Positions 9,080 to 19,687 are shown, counted from the stretch's first letter. The stretch: DNA of 47,804 nucleotides from an uncultured bacterium (GCA_964534375.1 CAZHPN010000022.1:1-47804); one strand, 5' to 3'. Program-made: numbers and translations. Notes: generated by a model from the letters alone, not told the origin.

Positions 9080-11170
9080 ATGAAAAAAGACGGCGATCCC
9101 ACTTTTGTCCTCGGCAGACGGCACGTGCCCGAACAAGTCGTTTGGCTGGCGTTGGCGATCGTGTGGCTGTCGTTTTTTACGTTTCGTTTTGCCGCGATCT
9201 TCACGAACGACAACGTCCAGGTCATCGGCGGCACGTTGGCGACCGGTTTGCTGGACGGCCTGGCGTCGCCGCCCGGATACTACCAGGACGAGCACACCAC
9301 CGGCTGTTTGTTGTTCGGGGTGCTGCTCCTCCCCGTCTATTGGGCGTTCGGCTCGTCGCTCTTATGGATAAAATTGCTCAGCGCTTTCTTTGTAGTCGCG
9401 GGTATTTTTTGCTGGATTATTGCCGTACGGCGCGCCTGGGGGCGGCCGGCGGCGCTGGTGTTTTATCTCTGGACTCTTTTCCCGCCGCCCTATCTCGAAT
9501 GGAATTATCATCAGTCCTGGGCCAGCCATGTCGAAAGCTATCTCTTCTCCGGCTTGCTGTTGCTATGGTTTGCGCGGGCCGGTGCGTCGCCGCCGCGACG
9601 CCGCGAAACCTTCGCCTACAGCTTGCTGGCGGGCCTGGCCGCCGCCTTCGCGCAGGAAAACCTGCTGATCGTTGCGGCGCTTGCGACGACGTCGGTCTGG
9701 CGCTGGCGACGGCCCGAGGTCCGGCGGCTGCTCGTTCCGGCGGCGATCGGCTTCCTCGTCACGTTTTCGCTGTCACTCATTTCCCCGCAGATGCCGATTG
9801 CCCACAATCGATTTGCGGAGGTGGCCCGACACTGGCTCGTCGACGGCTGGCGCGAATGGCGCGAGCTGTTCGTGGCGATTTTGCCGCACTGCGCCAGTTA
9901 CCGGGGCCTCGCCGGCGACTACTTGTCTGGAGCCTGGTTTTTTCTCGCCGTGCTTGGCGCGATCGCTGTCGCACGCGACAGCGCGGCCGAAAACACCGGC
10001 CAATCCTCGAAGGCGTGGCTGTCGCGCGTTCTTTTGCTGCAAGTGTTTTTCTTCATCGCGGCCTACGGTCTGGGGGCGTACCGCATCCGGTCCGCGCCCT
10101 TTACCGATTTTCACGAACTGCGCTATCTCGTGCCGATCTCACTGACGCTCCTCGCCTTTCTCTCGTATCTCGTCTGGCGGGTGGGGAGCCGCTGGAAATG
10201 GGCATTTTTGGCCGGTTTTCTCATCGCCGGATTCATCAACGTGACGTCCGACGTCGACTTTACGGTCGACGCCCTGCGCCAAGGCATTCACCGTTTTCGA
10301 ATCGAGCGGGGCGACGATTATTACGGGTACATCGCGAAAAATGCCGTGCCCTTTTGGAGCGGCAACGGCCAGGCGCTCGCGTACGTTGCGGCGTTGCCCC
10401 GACGCTGGCGCGGCGAGGGTTTCGTGCAAGTGGGCGCGTGGATGGGGCCATCGGGATTTCTCGCCCTGGCGTCGGGCGACCGGACGCTCGACGAAGACGC
10501 GCGGCGCAATCTGGCGCGCGGCGCCGGCGTGGCGATCGCGAGCGCGGACCGCCCGGGATCAAGTCCAACCGCGGCGAGTCTCGGCGATTCGCCGAACACC
10601 GCGGTGGCGGGGTTGCGCGATCTGAGCGCGGAGATCGCGACGTCTTTGGCGGCAGGCGTTGGCCAGGGAATGTTTTTCGAGGATGCGCGTCTCGGCGGCG
10701 GCGTGGTTGACCGCAGCCCGCTGTCCGAGCCGATCGAGAAAGAAACGTTAGCCCGCCGGAGGCGCGCGGAATGTACGGCCAAGATTCATTTCGTCGAACA
10801 GTTGCTGCCGCAATTGAGCGAGAACGACCTCATTGTCGCGGCGATTGGCGGCATGGGGTATACGGACGGCCGCGGGCTCGGTTCCGGATTCGAACTGGAT
10901 TACGACCTCACGCAGGACAGAATCAACGATATTCTGTCAATTTGGGAAGACGTACTGCCCGGCGAGCAGCGCGAGGCTGCGGGCCGGGCGCTGCGGCAGG
11001 GCTTTGCCGAGGGTTTCGCGGATCGACTCAAAAACGATTTCAATCGCTACACGTTTCGCTCGCGCGCCGTCGGCGTGGCGATGATCCGCGACGCGCTGTT
11101 GAAACAGGGGATCCGTTTGCAAGAAGCCGGCCCGCGTTCCAGCGAATTCAAATTGGAAATTCTTGAATAG
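9080..11170 (+). CDS. Polytopic membrane protein, ArnT/PMT (GT-C)-like glycosyltransferase
   Basis: About 10-12 hydrophobic helices, acidic NDN/DEH early loop, RYLVP motif and a soluble C-terminal domain. ATG 9080 chosen within ORF 8996-11170. Confidence 0.6.
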   Translation: MKKDGDPTFVLGRRHVPEQVVWLALAIVWLSFFTFRFAAIFTNDNVQVIGGTLATGLLDGLASPPGYYQDEHTTGCLLFGVLLLPVYWAFGSSLLWIKLLSAFFVVAGIFCWIIAVRRAWGRPAALVFYLWTLFPPPYLEWNYHQSWASHVESYLFSGLLLLWFARAGASPPRRRETFAYSLLAGLAAAFAQENLLIVAALATTSVWRWRRPEVRRLLVPAAIGFLVTFSLSLISPQMPIAHNRFAEVARHWLVDGWREWRELFVAILPHCASYRGLAGDYLSGAWFFLAVLGAIAVARDSAAENTGQSSKAWLSRVLLLQVFFFIAAYGLGAYRIRSAPFTDFHELRYLVPISLTLLAFLSYLVWRVGSRWKWAFLAGFLIAGFINVTSDVDFTVDALRQGIHRFRIERGDDYYGYIAKNAVPFWSGNGQALAYVAALPRRWRGEGFVQVGAWMGPSGFLALASGDRTLDEDARRNLARGAGVAIASADRPGSSPTAASLGDSPNTAVAGLRDLSAEIATSLAAGVGQGMFFEDARLGGGVVDRSPLSEPIEKETLARRRRAECTAKIHFVEQLLPQLSENDLIVAAIGGMGYTDGRGLGSGFELDYDLTQDRINDILSIWEDVLPGEQREAAGRALRQGFAEGFADRLKNDFNRYTFRSRAVGVAMIRDALLKQGIRLQEAGPRSSEFKLEILE

Positions 11171-11209
11171 TTTCGGCAACGCCGGCCGGCGCCATCGCGG
11201 AAAGGCGTG

Positions 11210-11857
11210 TTAACGCCGGCCACCGCCGCCGCGCGCGCCGCCGCGACCGCCGGCGAAACCGCGACCGCCCGAAAACCCGCCGCGACCGCCGCCGGCGCCC
11301 CGACCGCCCGAAAAACCGGCGCGGAACTCGCCGTATCCGCGATAGCCCGAATAGCCATAGCCGCGATAGCCGCGATACCCGGGATAGTAGTATCCGCGCC
11401 CGTACGCGACGTAATCCCCGTAATACGGATAACCAGCGTACGGATAATAGGCGCCCGCATCAGGATTATTGACCACGACGTACGACGGTTGCGCCGGCTG
11501 ATTCAGCGGCGGCAGATTTGTGACGTACGTGTAGTTGTCGCGCGGCGCTTCCGCCGCGGATGCGGACTCCTGCGCTTTCTTGGCCCACGCCTGGGCGGCC
11601 TCTTGGAAATCCTTCCGATCCGACTGGACCGCTTGAATCTGGTCTTGCGTCGCCTTGATCTGCGCCTGCAGCGCGGTCATGGCCTTTTGCTGCTCGATGA
11701 TTTCCTGTTGGAGTTGCAGCAGGTCGAGCGCATTGTCGTTCGCCGCCGCCGTCGCAGCGGGCGCCGGCGTTTTCGCGTCGGCCTGGAGGTTTTTGTCGCA
11801 AGCAAAGCCGGCAAGAAGCAGCAGGCCGCCACAAGCCACCAGCAGCAGATTTTTCAT
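11210..11857 (-). CDS. Lipoprotein with coiled coil and Tyr/Gly/Arg-rich (RGG) tail
   Basis: GGAG RBS then MKNLLLVACGGLLLLAGFAC lipobox. QQEIIEQQK coiled coil; GYRGY and GGRG repeats. Confidence 0.75.
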   Translation of the reverse strand: MKNLLLVACGGLLLLAGFACDKNLQADAKTPAPAATAAANDNALDLLQLQQEIIEQQKAMTALQAQIKATQDQIQAVQSDRKDFQEAAQAWAKKAQESASAAEAPRDNYTYVTNLPPLNQPAQPSYVVVNNPDAGAYYPYAGYPYYGDYVAYGRGYYYPGYRGYRGYGYSGYRGYGEFRAGFSGGRGAGGGRGGFSGGRGFAGGRGGARGGGGRR

Positions 11858-11897
11858 GAGCGCGGCTCCTTCGTTGCTATCGGGCGTTTCCGAGTTC

Positions 11898-12638
11898 TCA
11901 TCGGTAATACCCGCCTCTTCTGCCGAACGACGAGGGCGCCGGAGCGGGGTGCGCTTCGAACCGCTCGCCGACCGCACGGGGCGCGTTGTGAACGACCTGC
12001 GTCGGCGGCGGAGCGGGTCGCGAACTTGGCGGCGGCCCGGCCGGCGGGACCGACATTCCCGCCACGGCTCGGCCGCTTTGCTGCGGCGGCGTGGGCCGCG
12101 AATCGGCCGAGGCTGCATTCACCGGCACAGGCAGATTGCCCGTTTGGTTCCAACCGCCGGCGCCGGGACGACGATCGCAATTGCGGTAACAGGGAACGCC
12201 GCCGCCCCACACCCCGTAGGAGCCATAAATGGCGTATGTGCCGCCTTGGGCGCCGCCGTCAACCATCGGACCGTCGGCGGGCAGCTCCGGACTCGGCGGA
12301 ATGTTGACGACGTACGTATCGCCGTCTTGCGTCGGGTCGGCCTCCGGCGGGGGCGCCGCGTCTGACGCCTGGCTGGCCCAGCCGCGCAAGATTTCTCTGG
12401 ATTCCGCGTTTTGCGCCTGAATCGCCGACAATTGGCTTTGATAGTTCTTCACGTCGTTTTGCAACGTGATCAGATATTTCTGCTCGTCGATGATCTCTTG
12501 TTGGAGGGATCTCTGATCGATCAGGTTCTGTCTGGCGATCGAGGTCTGTTTCGCGATGGCGTCCGCCCGCAGACACCCCAGCGTGAGCGCCGTGAAGGCA
12601 ATCGCCGCGGCCACGCTGACGTATATCCACTTTTTCAC
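11898..12638 (-). CDS. Lipoprotein, paralog of the adjacent gene, Pro-rich tail
   Basis: MKKWIY...LTLGC lipobox. Shares LQQEII.EQK and TYV.N.PP segments with 11210-11857. Confidence 0.75.
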   Translation of the reverse strand: MKKWIYVSVAAAIAFTALTLGCLRADAIAKQTSIARQNLIDQRSLQQEIIDEQKYLITLQNDVKNYQSQLSAIQAQNAESREILRGWASQASDAAPPPEADPTQDGDTYVVNIPPSPELPADGPMVDGGAQGGTYAIYGSYGVWGGGVPCYRNCDRRPGAGGWNQTGNLPVPVNAASADSRPTPPQQSGRAVAGMSVPPAGPPPSSRPAPPPTQVVHNAPRAVGERFEAHPAPAPSSFGRRGGYYR

Positions 12639-12783
12639 GGACCGAACCCCTTTCCCGACTTCAATATAATCAATCCCTTATGAAGTCAAGCGGATTCCTC
12701 ATTCCTGAACTGTTGACACCGCAAGCGGCTCTCCGGTTAGGTCGCCGGCCGCGCCGCGACATCGGCGATCGATGGGGAAAGCC

Positions 12784-13878
12784 TTAGGAGTGCGAACGTC
12801 GTTTCGGCGGCGGCGAAAACGTGTACCGGCCTGCCGCCGGGCTGCGGAATGCGGCGACGGGGCGCGGCGCCGGCCGGGACATCTGAATCCGCGGCGCATT
12901 GGCGCGCGAGGCCACCGCCGGCGGACGCGGCGCGACCCGGGGCGCCGCCGCGGCTTGTCTGACGCGCGTCGCGTTTCGAACGGCAGGAACCGCCGCAATT
13001 TTCCTGGCCGGCGGCGTCGCCGCCGGAACTACGGCGTGGGTCGCGCCGGTGAGCGCCTTGGCCGATCGCGCGGCATTAGCGTTTCTTGCGGAATCGCGGT
13101 CCAACCCGGGCGTCGCAACGCGCGGAGCGCCGTTCGATCGGTTCGCAACGACGGCATGTTCCGGCGCTGACGCGACGAGCCCCTGCGGCGAACGAGGCGT
13201 TCCGCCGCCGATGCCGGACGCCGGCGGCGCCGACGACTGTCTCGACGAATTGCCCGGCGGAACGCCGTTTCCGGACGGTCGGTTTCCAGACCAGTTATTA
13301 TTGGGGTTGTCGTTGTGGAAGCCGTGCGGGTAGCGCCGGTATTCCGACCAGTAGCGCGGCCCGTTATAGAACGGAGAATATCCCCAATATGCTACGGGCC
13401 AGTAAACATCCCACCAACAGCCGAAAACCAACGGGTAATACGGATCCGGATAGAATATCGGTTCGTAGACGGGGTAGTAAATCGGCTGCGGATAACCATC
13501 GGCGAAGATCGCATCCGGCGCCGCCTGATCGACGAAGATGTCCGAATTCGCCGGCGAGGTCGCGTCCCCGTCAGCGTCCGGCGCCGGCAATTGCGGCGGC
13601 TGTTGCGGATCGAAGGCAACGGGTGGCGAATTCGCTTCGGCGCCTGGGTTTTCGCCGGGAACGGCGGCGTTCGGCGGCGCGAACGGCGGCGCGGCCGGCG
13701 GCGGTTGTGCGTCTGCCGGGTCAGCCGGCGGCGACGACGTCAATGCCGGCTCGGCGGGCGCGTTTTGCGGGTCGTTCGGCGACGCAGCGATTTGGTTGGG
13801 CGGCCCTTGCACTGCCCACGAAAGCGTAACGGCAAGAAGGACGATTCCAACAACGCTAAACCCAATTTTGGCGTTCAT
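12784..13878 (-). CDS. Secreted Pro/Ala-rich low-complexity protein
   Basis: Signal peptide, Pro-rich region, aromatic YYP/WW core and basic C-terminus. Confidence 0.65.
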   Translation of the reverse strand: MNAKIGFSVVGIVLLAVTLSWAVQGPPNQIAASPNDPQNAPAEPALTSSPPADPADAQPPPAAPPFAPPNAAVPGENPGAEANSPPVAFDPQQPPQLPAPDADGDATSPANSDIFVDQAAPDAIFADGYPQPIYYPVYEPIFYPDPYYPLVFGCWWDVYWPVAYWGYSPFYNGPRYWSEYRRYPHGFHNDNPNNNWSGNRPSGNGVPPGNSSRQSSAPPASGIGGGTPRSPQGLVASAPEHAVVANRSNGAPRVATPGLDRDSARNANAARSAKALTGATHAVVPAATPPARKIAAVPAVRNATRVRQAAAAPRVAPRPPAVASRANAPRIQMSRPAPRPVAAFRSPAAGRYTFSPPPKRRSHS

Positions 13879-14005
13879 TTTCGTGCCCTTTGCGCTCTCT
13901 GAAGCTTGGTTTCGGAGAGTTAAGTCAGTTCGCCATTTCCAAAATCTGAGACACGCCGGCAGCCCTGAAAGTTAGGTCGGCGCGCGGGCATCGACGGCTG
14001 GCAGG

Positions 14006-16387
14006 TCAGTGGTTCAACACCATCCGGGCTTTGGCGTTCCGGCGGGCGGCCTCTGGCGTGAACCAAAGCGGCACGGCGGCGCCGCGCATCCACGGTTCGA
14101 TCATGTCGTCGTAATGCGGATGGCTCGGCTGGCCGGATTGGCCGAGCGGCCCGACGATCGTCGTTCGGTCGGGGTCGCCGATCGGCGCCAGCATGCGCAG
14201 CGAGGGAATGACTTCCACGGTGTAGCCGTCCTCGGCCGGATCGAACGCCGCCACATTCACCGTGTTGTTGTCGCCCGGCGCCGGGAACGGTCCGCGGCTG
14301 AGCAGGTAATGGGTCAGCGGCGAGTCCGCGCCCGGGTGCGCGAAAAAGTAATGGTGCAGATCGCCCCACCGCCAACTTCGCGGGTTGGGCGCCAAGTTCT
14401 TCTTCAACCATTCCTCGGTGCGCGCCAACGACGTCTCCAGAATGCGCTGCGGCGCGTCCTTTTGCGGCACGCCGCCTACCTGCCAAACCGGCGAATCCAG
14501 GCGGTCGAGCAAGACGTTCTGCCCCAGGTACGCCTCGCCGCAAACGTGAAAATAGTACGGCAGCGCGTCGCCCAACCGGTCGGCGAGCAGCGTGCGCGTC
14601 CATTCCGTCAGGAAAACTTCGAACACGGCCGCGCCGGCGCTGTTCGCGTCGAGGTTGCGATCCCAGTCCGTCAGGATCTTCATCATTCGCGACGCCGCCG
14701 GATCGGCGAACTTGTACGCCTGCAATTTCGGCACAATTTCGTCGGCCTCGAGCGAGTGCACGTCCATCTGCAGGTCGCGAAAATCTTGCGACGTCGGGTT
14801 TTTCAGCCGGGCGAGCCGCGCGCTGATGCGCTGGAACCGATACGGCGCGCACCAGGCGTACGAAATCGCATGCGGCGAATTGGGCGTCACCGAACAATTG
14901 TTGGCGGTCGCGATGAAACCTTCCGGCGGATTGTATTTCGACGGCATCGAGTCGTAATCCAAATAACCGATCCAGTCCATTTTCCCCGAAGAACCGTCGG
15001 CGGGCAGCCAGCCGGAATAGCCCTGGCGCAGCGGCGGCGCGCCGGTCGCGTGCCAGCCGATATTGCCCTCGCCGTCGGCAACCAACAGGTTTTGCCCGAG
15101 CACGCGGAACCGCCGGCCCGCGGCGAACGCTTCCTGCACGGTCGTGGCGCGATTGAGTTCCAGCAGGCCGAGAACGGTCTGATCGTTGATCGGCGCCGGA
15201 TCGACCGTGCCGTACCAGCGCAGGGCGACCGCCGCATCGGAATCCTTCGTGATTTCCGTTATGATCGGCCCGAACGCGCTGTGCAGAATGGTCTTCGTCT
15301 GCTGGCCCTTCGGCAGCTTGAAAACCTGCGTGTCGCGGTCGAACGCGCGCGTCTGGTCGCCGACGTAATAGCGATTGTGGTCCGCCGGGTCCAGGCGCAG
15401 GACGTACAGATCGACCACGTCGGTCATGACGTTGGTGAAGCTCCAGACTATGTGCTCGTTGCGTCCGATGACGATGCCCGGCGAGCCGGCCATCGACGCC
15501 CCGGCCGCATGATAGCCCGGCGCGTTCAGGTTGACGAAATACCAAATGCCCGGGGTCATCACTTCCAGGTGCGGATCGCTGGCCATCAACGGTTTGCCGT
15601 CGCTGCTTTTGGCGACAACCCAGTTGTTGCTGCCGCCGCTCAACAGCTTCGGTGAGGCTTGCAGAAGCGAATCGACGGCCGGCAGGAATTTGCCGATTTT
15701 ACGCGTGCGAATTTGCTCGAATTGCGGTTCGAGCGGCAAGATGGCGCCGGGGTGCGACGGAAACAGGTCGGCCCAACCGCGCGCGTCGAGGCCCGCGCGG
15801 CCGGCGATGATGGCGAACTCCTGGCGCGAGTTCGTTTCCAGGAACCACGCGTTGAGCACCATGACGCTGAGCACATCGGCGACGGTCCACCGTTCGGGCA
15901 CGGCCCCGAGCATCTGAAATTCAACGGGCAGGTTGCCGCGGTGGCCGTCGATGAACGCGTTGACGCCCTCGACGTACGCGCGGGCGATCGTCTGCTCGCG
16001 TTCGCCGAGGTGGGCCGCCAGGTATTCGCGCAGCGCGGGCATCCCGAGGAGGCGTATCCAGTGGTCGATGTCGACCGTTTTTTCGCCGGCCAATTCCGCG
16101 ACGCGGCCGGTGGAGAGCCGGCGCATTAGTTCCATTTGCCACAGGCGATCCTGCGCGTGCACGTAGCCCTGGGCGAAGAACAAATCGTGCTCGTTTTTGG
16201 CGAAAATCGACGGAATGCCGCTGGCGTCGCGGAGCACTTCCGTTTCCTGGCCGACCGCCAGGCCGCGAACCTCCCCGTCGACGGGCGTGAAGCCTTTTTC
16301 CAGAAATAACTTGGCGCACGCCGCGAGCGAAAGGACGAGCAGCGGCAGCAGGAGGCAAAATCGTTTGGTTGCCGATCGGGCGCTCAT
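14006..16387 (-). CDS. Penicillin acylase family Ntn-hydrolase (peptidase S45)
   Basis: QGYVHAQDRLWQM, catalytic SNNW, DPHL, TANN and GQSG motifs. Confidence 0.93.
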   Translation of the reverse strand: MSARSATKRFCLLLPLLVLSLAACAKLFLEKGFTPVDGEVRGLAVGQETEVLRDASGIPSIFAKNEHDLFFAQGYVHAQDRLWQMELMRRLSTGRVAELAGEKTVDIDHWIRLLGMPALREYLAAHLGEREQTIARAYVEGVNAFIDGHRGNLPVEFQMLGAVPERWTVADVLSVMVLNAWFLETNSRQEFAIIAGRAGLDARGWADLFPSHPGAILPLEPQFEQIRTRKIGKFLPAVDSLLQASPKLLSGGSNNWVVAKSSDGKPLMASDPHLEVMTPGIWYFVNLNAPGYHAAGASMAGSPGIVIGRNEHIVWSFTNVMTDVVDLYVLRLDPADHNRYYVGDQTRAFDRDTQVFKLPKGQQTKTILHSAFGPIITEITKDSDAAVALRWYGTVDPAPINDQTVLGLLELNRATTVQEAFAAGRRFRVLGQNLLVADGEGNIGWHATGAPPLRQGYSGWLPADGSSGKMDWIGYLDYDSMPSKYNPPEGFIATANNCSVTPNSPHAISYAWCAPYRFQRISARLARLKNPTSQDFRDLQMDVHSLEADEIVPKLQAYKFADPAASRMMKILTDWDRNLDANSAGAAVFEVFLTEWTRTLLADRLGDALPYYFHVCGEAYLGQNVLLDRLDSPVWQVGGVPQKDAPQRILETSLARTEEWLKKNLAPNPRSWRWGDLHHYFFAHPGADSPLTHYLLSRGPFPAPGDNNTVNVAAFDPAEDGYTVEVIPSLRMLAPIGDPDRTTIVGPLGQSGQPSHPHYDDMIEPWMRGAAVPLWFTPEAARRNAKARMVLNH

Positions 16388-16515
16388 GATTCTCTCCTTG
16401 ACCAGACGAGCATTTCTTTCGCACGTTCTTTCTCAAAAGTACATCTCTCATTGCTTGTGACCGCGGGGTCGGCCGGCTACTATCGCCTAAGCGCAAAACA
16501 AGGGCGGAGAAAAAC

Positions 16516-17052
16516 ATGCTGGCTCGAGAACGACTTTCGGCGACGGTGGGCATGATCCTGGCGGTCGCGCTGCTCGCGGCGGCGGATTTGCCGGCGGGCG
16601 GCGTCACGCCGGGCAATCCGTTGACGACCGAATTGGGCAAAAACACGCCTGACTACTTCCTGCAACCCCGCGTGCGGGCGCAGATCTTGCTCACCGTCAA
16701 CGAAAAAACGATCACCAAGCTGGACGCCGCGGCGGCGGAGTTTTCGCGGCTCTTTCCGGACGGCTTCACGCAGACGACGTTTCCGCGCACGGCCGCCGAA
16801 CGGACGACTTTGGCGGGCGCGTGGTTCGACAAGAGCAAGCAAAAAACTACGTACGACAAAAACGAGATGTTGTACGTCGATTTCGACCCGGCCGCGTGCA
16901 AGGATTGCGTGGCGCAGGTCGCCAAATACAAGGATTACATCGCGCGTTTATTCGGCGAGTCGGAGGTGTGGGTGACATTGACGCCCATTTGGCGCGTGTT
17001 GACGCCCTCGTCCCCGGATTGGGCGGAGGCCGGCAAACCGCCCGCGAAGTGA
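16516..17052 (+). CDS. Exported hypothetical protein
   Basis: GGAG RBS, signal peptide, CxxC motif and host-like codon usage. Confidence 0.7.
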   Translation: MLARERLSATVGMILAVALLAAADLPAGGVTPGNPLTTELGKNTPDYFLQPRVRAQILLTVNEKTITKLDAAAAEFSRLFPDGFTQTTFPRTAAERTTLAGAWFDKSKQKTTYDKNEMLYVDFDPAACKDCVAQVAKYKDYIARLFGESEVWVTLTPIWRVLTPSSPDWAEAGKPPAK

Positions 17053-17285
17053 TCGCCGGCGGTTTCCGGCCCGGCGCAATTTAGCGCGACCGCTGGCTTT
17101 TCAGCGGTTCGACCGCCGGCGCCCCCGCAGGCAGTTTCGCCGAAAACCATATATATTTCAATTCGTTGCGACGTGTGCGCCCGAACATTCACCGCTTCGC
17201 CGACAATTCGTTCAATCGCGCAATATCTGCTTATGATTGAGGCAAGTGCTTGAAATGAATCAGGACATTTAGTGCGTCTGTATTC

Positions 17286-17301
17286 TGGCATATTTCTTGC
17301 T
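17286..17301 (+). promoter_or_regulatory. Putative sigma-54 (-24/-12) promoter
   Basis: TGGCATATTTCTTGCT gives GG-N10-GC in an AT-rich intergenic stretch, about 30 nt before ATG 17333. Confidence 0.55.
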
Positions 17302-17332
17302 TTACACGGTCTTGGGTCGAGAAAGGTTCGCT

Positions 17333-18379
17333 ATGATAGCTCAACGTCGCAATGATGCGCGAACCCGTTTGGCCCGCAATCGACTGCCGCTGAAATCCTC
17401 GTTTCGTTTCTTCGCGTTTGGGAGGTTGCTGGCGCCGGCGATCTTGTGCGTCATGTTCGCCTGCGGGTGCAACGTCCTGAACGACCTGGTCGGCGACCTT
17501 ACCGAACATACGATCACGGTTTCGCAAACGATCGAGAACGACAGCGTCGTCAGTGAATACTATTTCACGCCAATTGCGGAGAACATTCTCGTTGCGGCGG
17601 GACAGACGCAAATCGTCGGCCCGTGTTCGCTGTCCAGCCTCGCCGACCCGATCGAGATTTCGCAACTCGGCTTGGGGCAGATGGCGTTCTTTTTCACGGT
17701 GCAAATGGCAAACCTGGGCGACGCCGGCGCGACGGTGTTGTTCGCCATGAGCCCGAATGCTCCCGGGCAGTCGGCTGTCGGCGTCACCGAACTGCATTTG
17801 TCGCCGCAGCAGTCGCTGACGATCAGCCCGCCGCAAACGCTCAGCGGCAACGTCGCGGCCATCAACGGGCGGTTGACGTCGGTCTTCAACCAACTCGACG
17901 CCGACCAGAACATCTACCTCGCGATCGCCGTCGAGGGCGGCGACGCGAACGGGGTGCTCATCCAACAGATCGGCATTGCGACGCCCCCCGCCTATCTGCA
18001 AACGCAGAAGATTACCGCCGACGGCCTCAGCGCCTACCGCAAGGACATCTCGCGCGTTTACGATCCCGAGTTGTTGGGCGGCATTTACAATAATGGGGCC
18101 GGAGTGGCCGAGGTCCGGCTGTACTTGCGGCGGTCGAACGAGGCGAACCAACCGGACGACCCGATCGGCCTCGCCGACATCAATCCGGGCGATTCCGTCG
18201 CGGGCGACCAGTTGATCCAGGCCGGCGGCTACGACCGCATTCAGCAGGCGTTTGGCGAGGTCATGGACGGCGCGATCATGAATTACTACTACACGGCGAT
18301 CAGCACGCAAACGATCGACATCACGAGCGACGATTTGAGAATTCAGGCGAAGGTCGAAATCAAGATCCATCCGTTCTGA
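17333..18379 (+). CDS. Putative lipoprotein, function unknown
   Basis: Long ORF with hydrophobic stretch ending MFACGC and a beta-rich body. Start uncertain. Confidence 0.7.
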   Translation: MIAQRRNDARTRLARNRLPLKSSFRFFAFGRLLAPAILCVMFACGCNVLNDLVGDLTEHTITVSQTIENDSVVSEYYFTPIAENILVAAGQTQIVGPCSLSSLADPIEISQLGLGQMAFFFTVQMANLGDAGATVLFAMSPNAPGQSAVGVTELHLSPQQSLTISPPQTLSGNVAAINGRLTSVFNQLDADQNIYLAIAVEGGDANGVLIQQIGIATPPAYLQTQKITADGLSAYRKDISRVYDPELLGGIYNNGAGVAEVRLYLRRSNEANQPDDPIGLADINPGDSVAGDQLIQAGGYDRIQQAFGEVMDGAIMNYYYTAISTQTIDITSDDLRIQAKVEIKIHPF

Positions 18380-18420
18380 CCGCCTTTCGTTTCCGAGGTC
18401 GCGGTCGGCGCTGCGCCCAG

Positions 18421-18461
18421 GGGGTCGCCGGCCGGCGTTCGGCCGGCGGCCCCCGTTTCTT
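18421..18461 (+). terminator. GC-rich hairpin, probable terminator
   Basis: GGGGTCGCCGGCCG-GCGTT-CGGCCGGCGGCCCC followed by GTTTCTT, just downstream of the stop at 18379. Confidence 0.5.
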
Positions 18462-18571
18462 GGGGGCTGGGGCGCTACCGGCGGCGAAAAGTGCGCGACG
18501 GCCAAAAAATCACTTGAAATCCGCTATTTGGCGGAGTAAGTTGGCCCAACTGACGAAATCCGAAGTGGGCC

Positions 18572-19141
18572 ATGACCGACGTCACCGTGCCGACTCATCT
18601 GGAAATCCGCCACAAATTCGCAACAATTTCCGTTAACCTGACAATGCGTTCGAAAAACGGCGTGAAGCTGTTCGGCGTGCGCTGTCCGTCGTTGCGGCTG
18701 AAGAAACGCGCCGAAATCTGGACGCTCAATGGCAAGCCGGAAATGGCGCTGTGGATGTGCCCGGTCTGGGGGATGTCCTGGAACGTGCAGGTCAATCGGC
18801 CGACCGATGAGATTCTGGGCGTCGTGCAACGCGAGAAAAACGAACAAACCGGCGCGACGGAATGGGTGGCCATGGACGCCTTCGGCAACGCGAAACTGCA
18901 AGTGCGCACCGTCGGCGACTTTCTCGATCGGCTGAAAACTCGGGTCATGTTGTTTTCGACCCGCGAGGAAAAAATCTACTCCGGCGACCGGTTCCTGGGG
19001 ACGTTCGTGACCCGCGCCGGCGTCGTGCACGAACGCTACTATGTCGACTTGGCGCCCGAGGCGTCGACGGTGGTCGATCCGCTGCTCATGTTGGCGACGA
19101 TCGCGACCCTTTCCGGCATCTTCAATCGCCTGTTCACGTAA
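18572..19141 (+). CDS. LURP-one/scramblase (Tubby C-terminal)-like protein
   Basis: Beta-strand-rich 189 aa ORF ending in a hydrophobic helix (VDPLLMLATIATL), typical of this fold. Recognised by pattern only. Confidence 0.5.
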   Translation: MTDVTVPTHLEIRHKFATISVNLTMRSKNGVKLFGVRCPSLRLKKRAEIWTLNGKPEMALWMCPVWGMSWNVQVNRPTDEILGVVQREKNEQTGATEWVAMDAFGNAKLQVRTVGDFLDRLKTRVMLFSTREEKIYSGDRFLGTFVTRAGVVHERYYVDLAPEASTVVDPLLMLATIATLSGIFNRLFT

Positions 19142-19220
19142 ACGACGACGGCCGGTTCGCCTTGCGTTTTCCACGCCGCGGGTTATCTTACGCGCGAGCG
19201 ACGGCGGTTCTTTGAAATGC

Positions 19221-19569
19221 GGGGGCGATACGGTTTCGACGGGAGGATCCGCGGGTACGACCGGCGCGCCGAGGTCCGGTGGCCTCGTTAAACTGCCGGA
19301 CGGCATTAATTGCCAACAATAATTACGCAATGGCTGCCTAACTAAGGCAACCCGTCTCTCTCGCTCGTGTTGGCGGGGAGGGAAGAGGCGTCGTAACAGT
19401 CAACTAGCTTAGCAGGGCTCGCCCGGGCGCTGCGAGGCGAAAGCAATCGGGCTCGGACCAATGAACCTTGTTCGTGGGGGTCGGCGGTCTCAAAACCAAA
19501 TCACGAACTACGCTCGTAGACGGCGTATCCAAAGCCTTTCGGACGCGGGTTCGACTCCCGCCGCCTCCA
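19221..19569 (+). ncRNA. ssrA: tmRNA; tag peptide (A)ANNNYAMAA at 19312-19341
   Basis: 5' GGGGGCGATACGGTTTCGAC and 3' GCGGGTTCGACTCCCGCCGCCTCCA give a G3:U70 acceptor stem. Internal tag ORF ends YAMAA-TAA. Confidence 0.97.
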
Positions 19570-19628
19570 TCATCCTATCTTATTGATTTTACGCGGTTTT
19601 TTGTTGCGTCACCCCCTCGCTTGGAGGG

Positions 19629-19650
19629 AGTGTAACAGAAAGTGTAACAG
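19629..19650. repeat. Tandem AGTGTAACAG repeats, probable integrase arm-type sites
   Basis: Exact 10-mers at 19629-19638 and 19641-19650, between ssrA and the integrase stop. Confidence 0.65.
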
Positions 19651-19687
19651 GTTTTGTTCCGCGTGAGCATGAGTTTGCCCCTCCAAA

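Noticed and set aside
14009..15655. Long alternative-frame or antisense ORFs (also 1413-2963, 6032-7231, 9142-10710, 13920-15545, 39574-40836)
   Set aside because: They are shadows of well-supported genes in high-GC DNA and carry no motifs.
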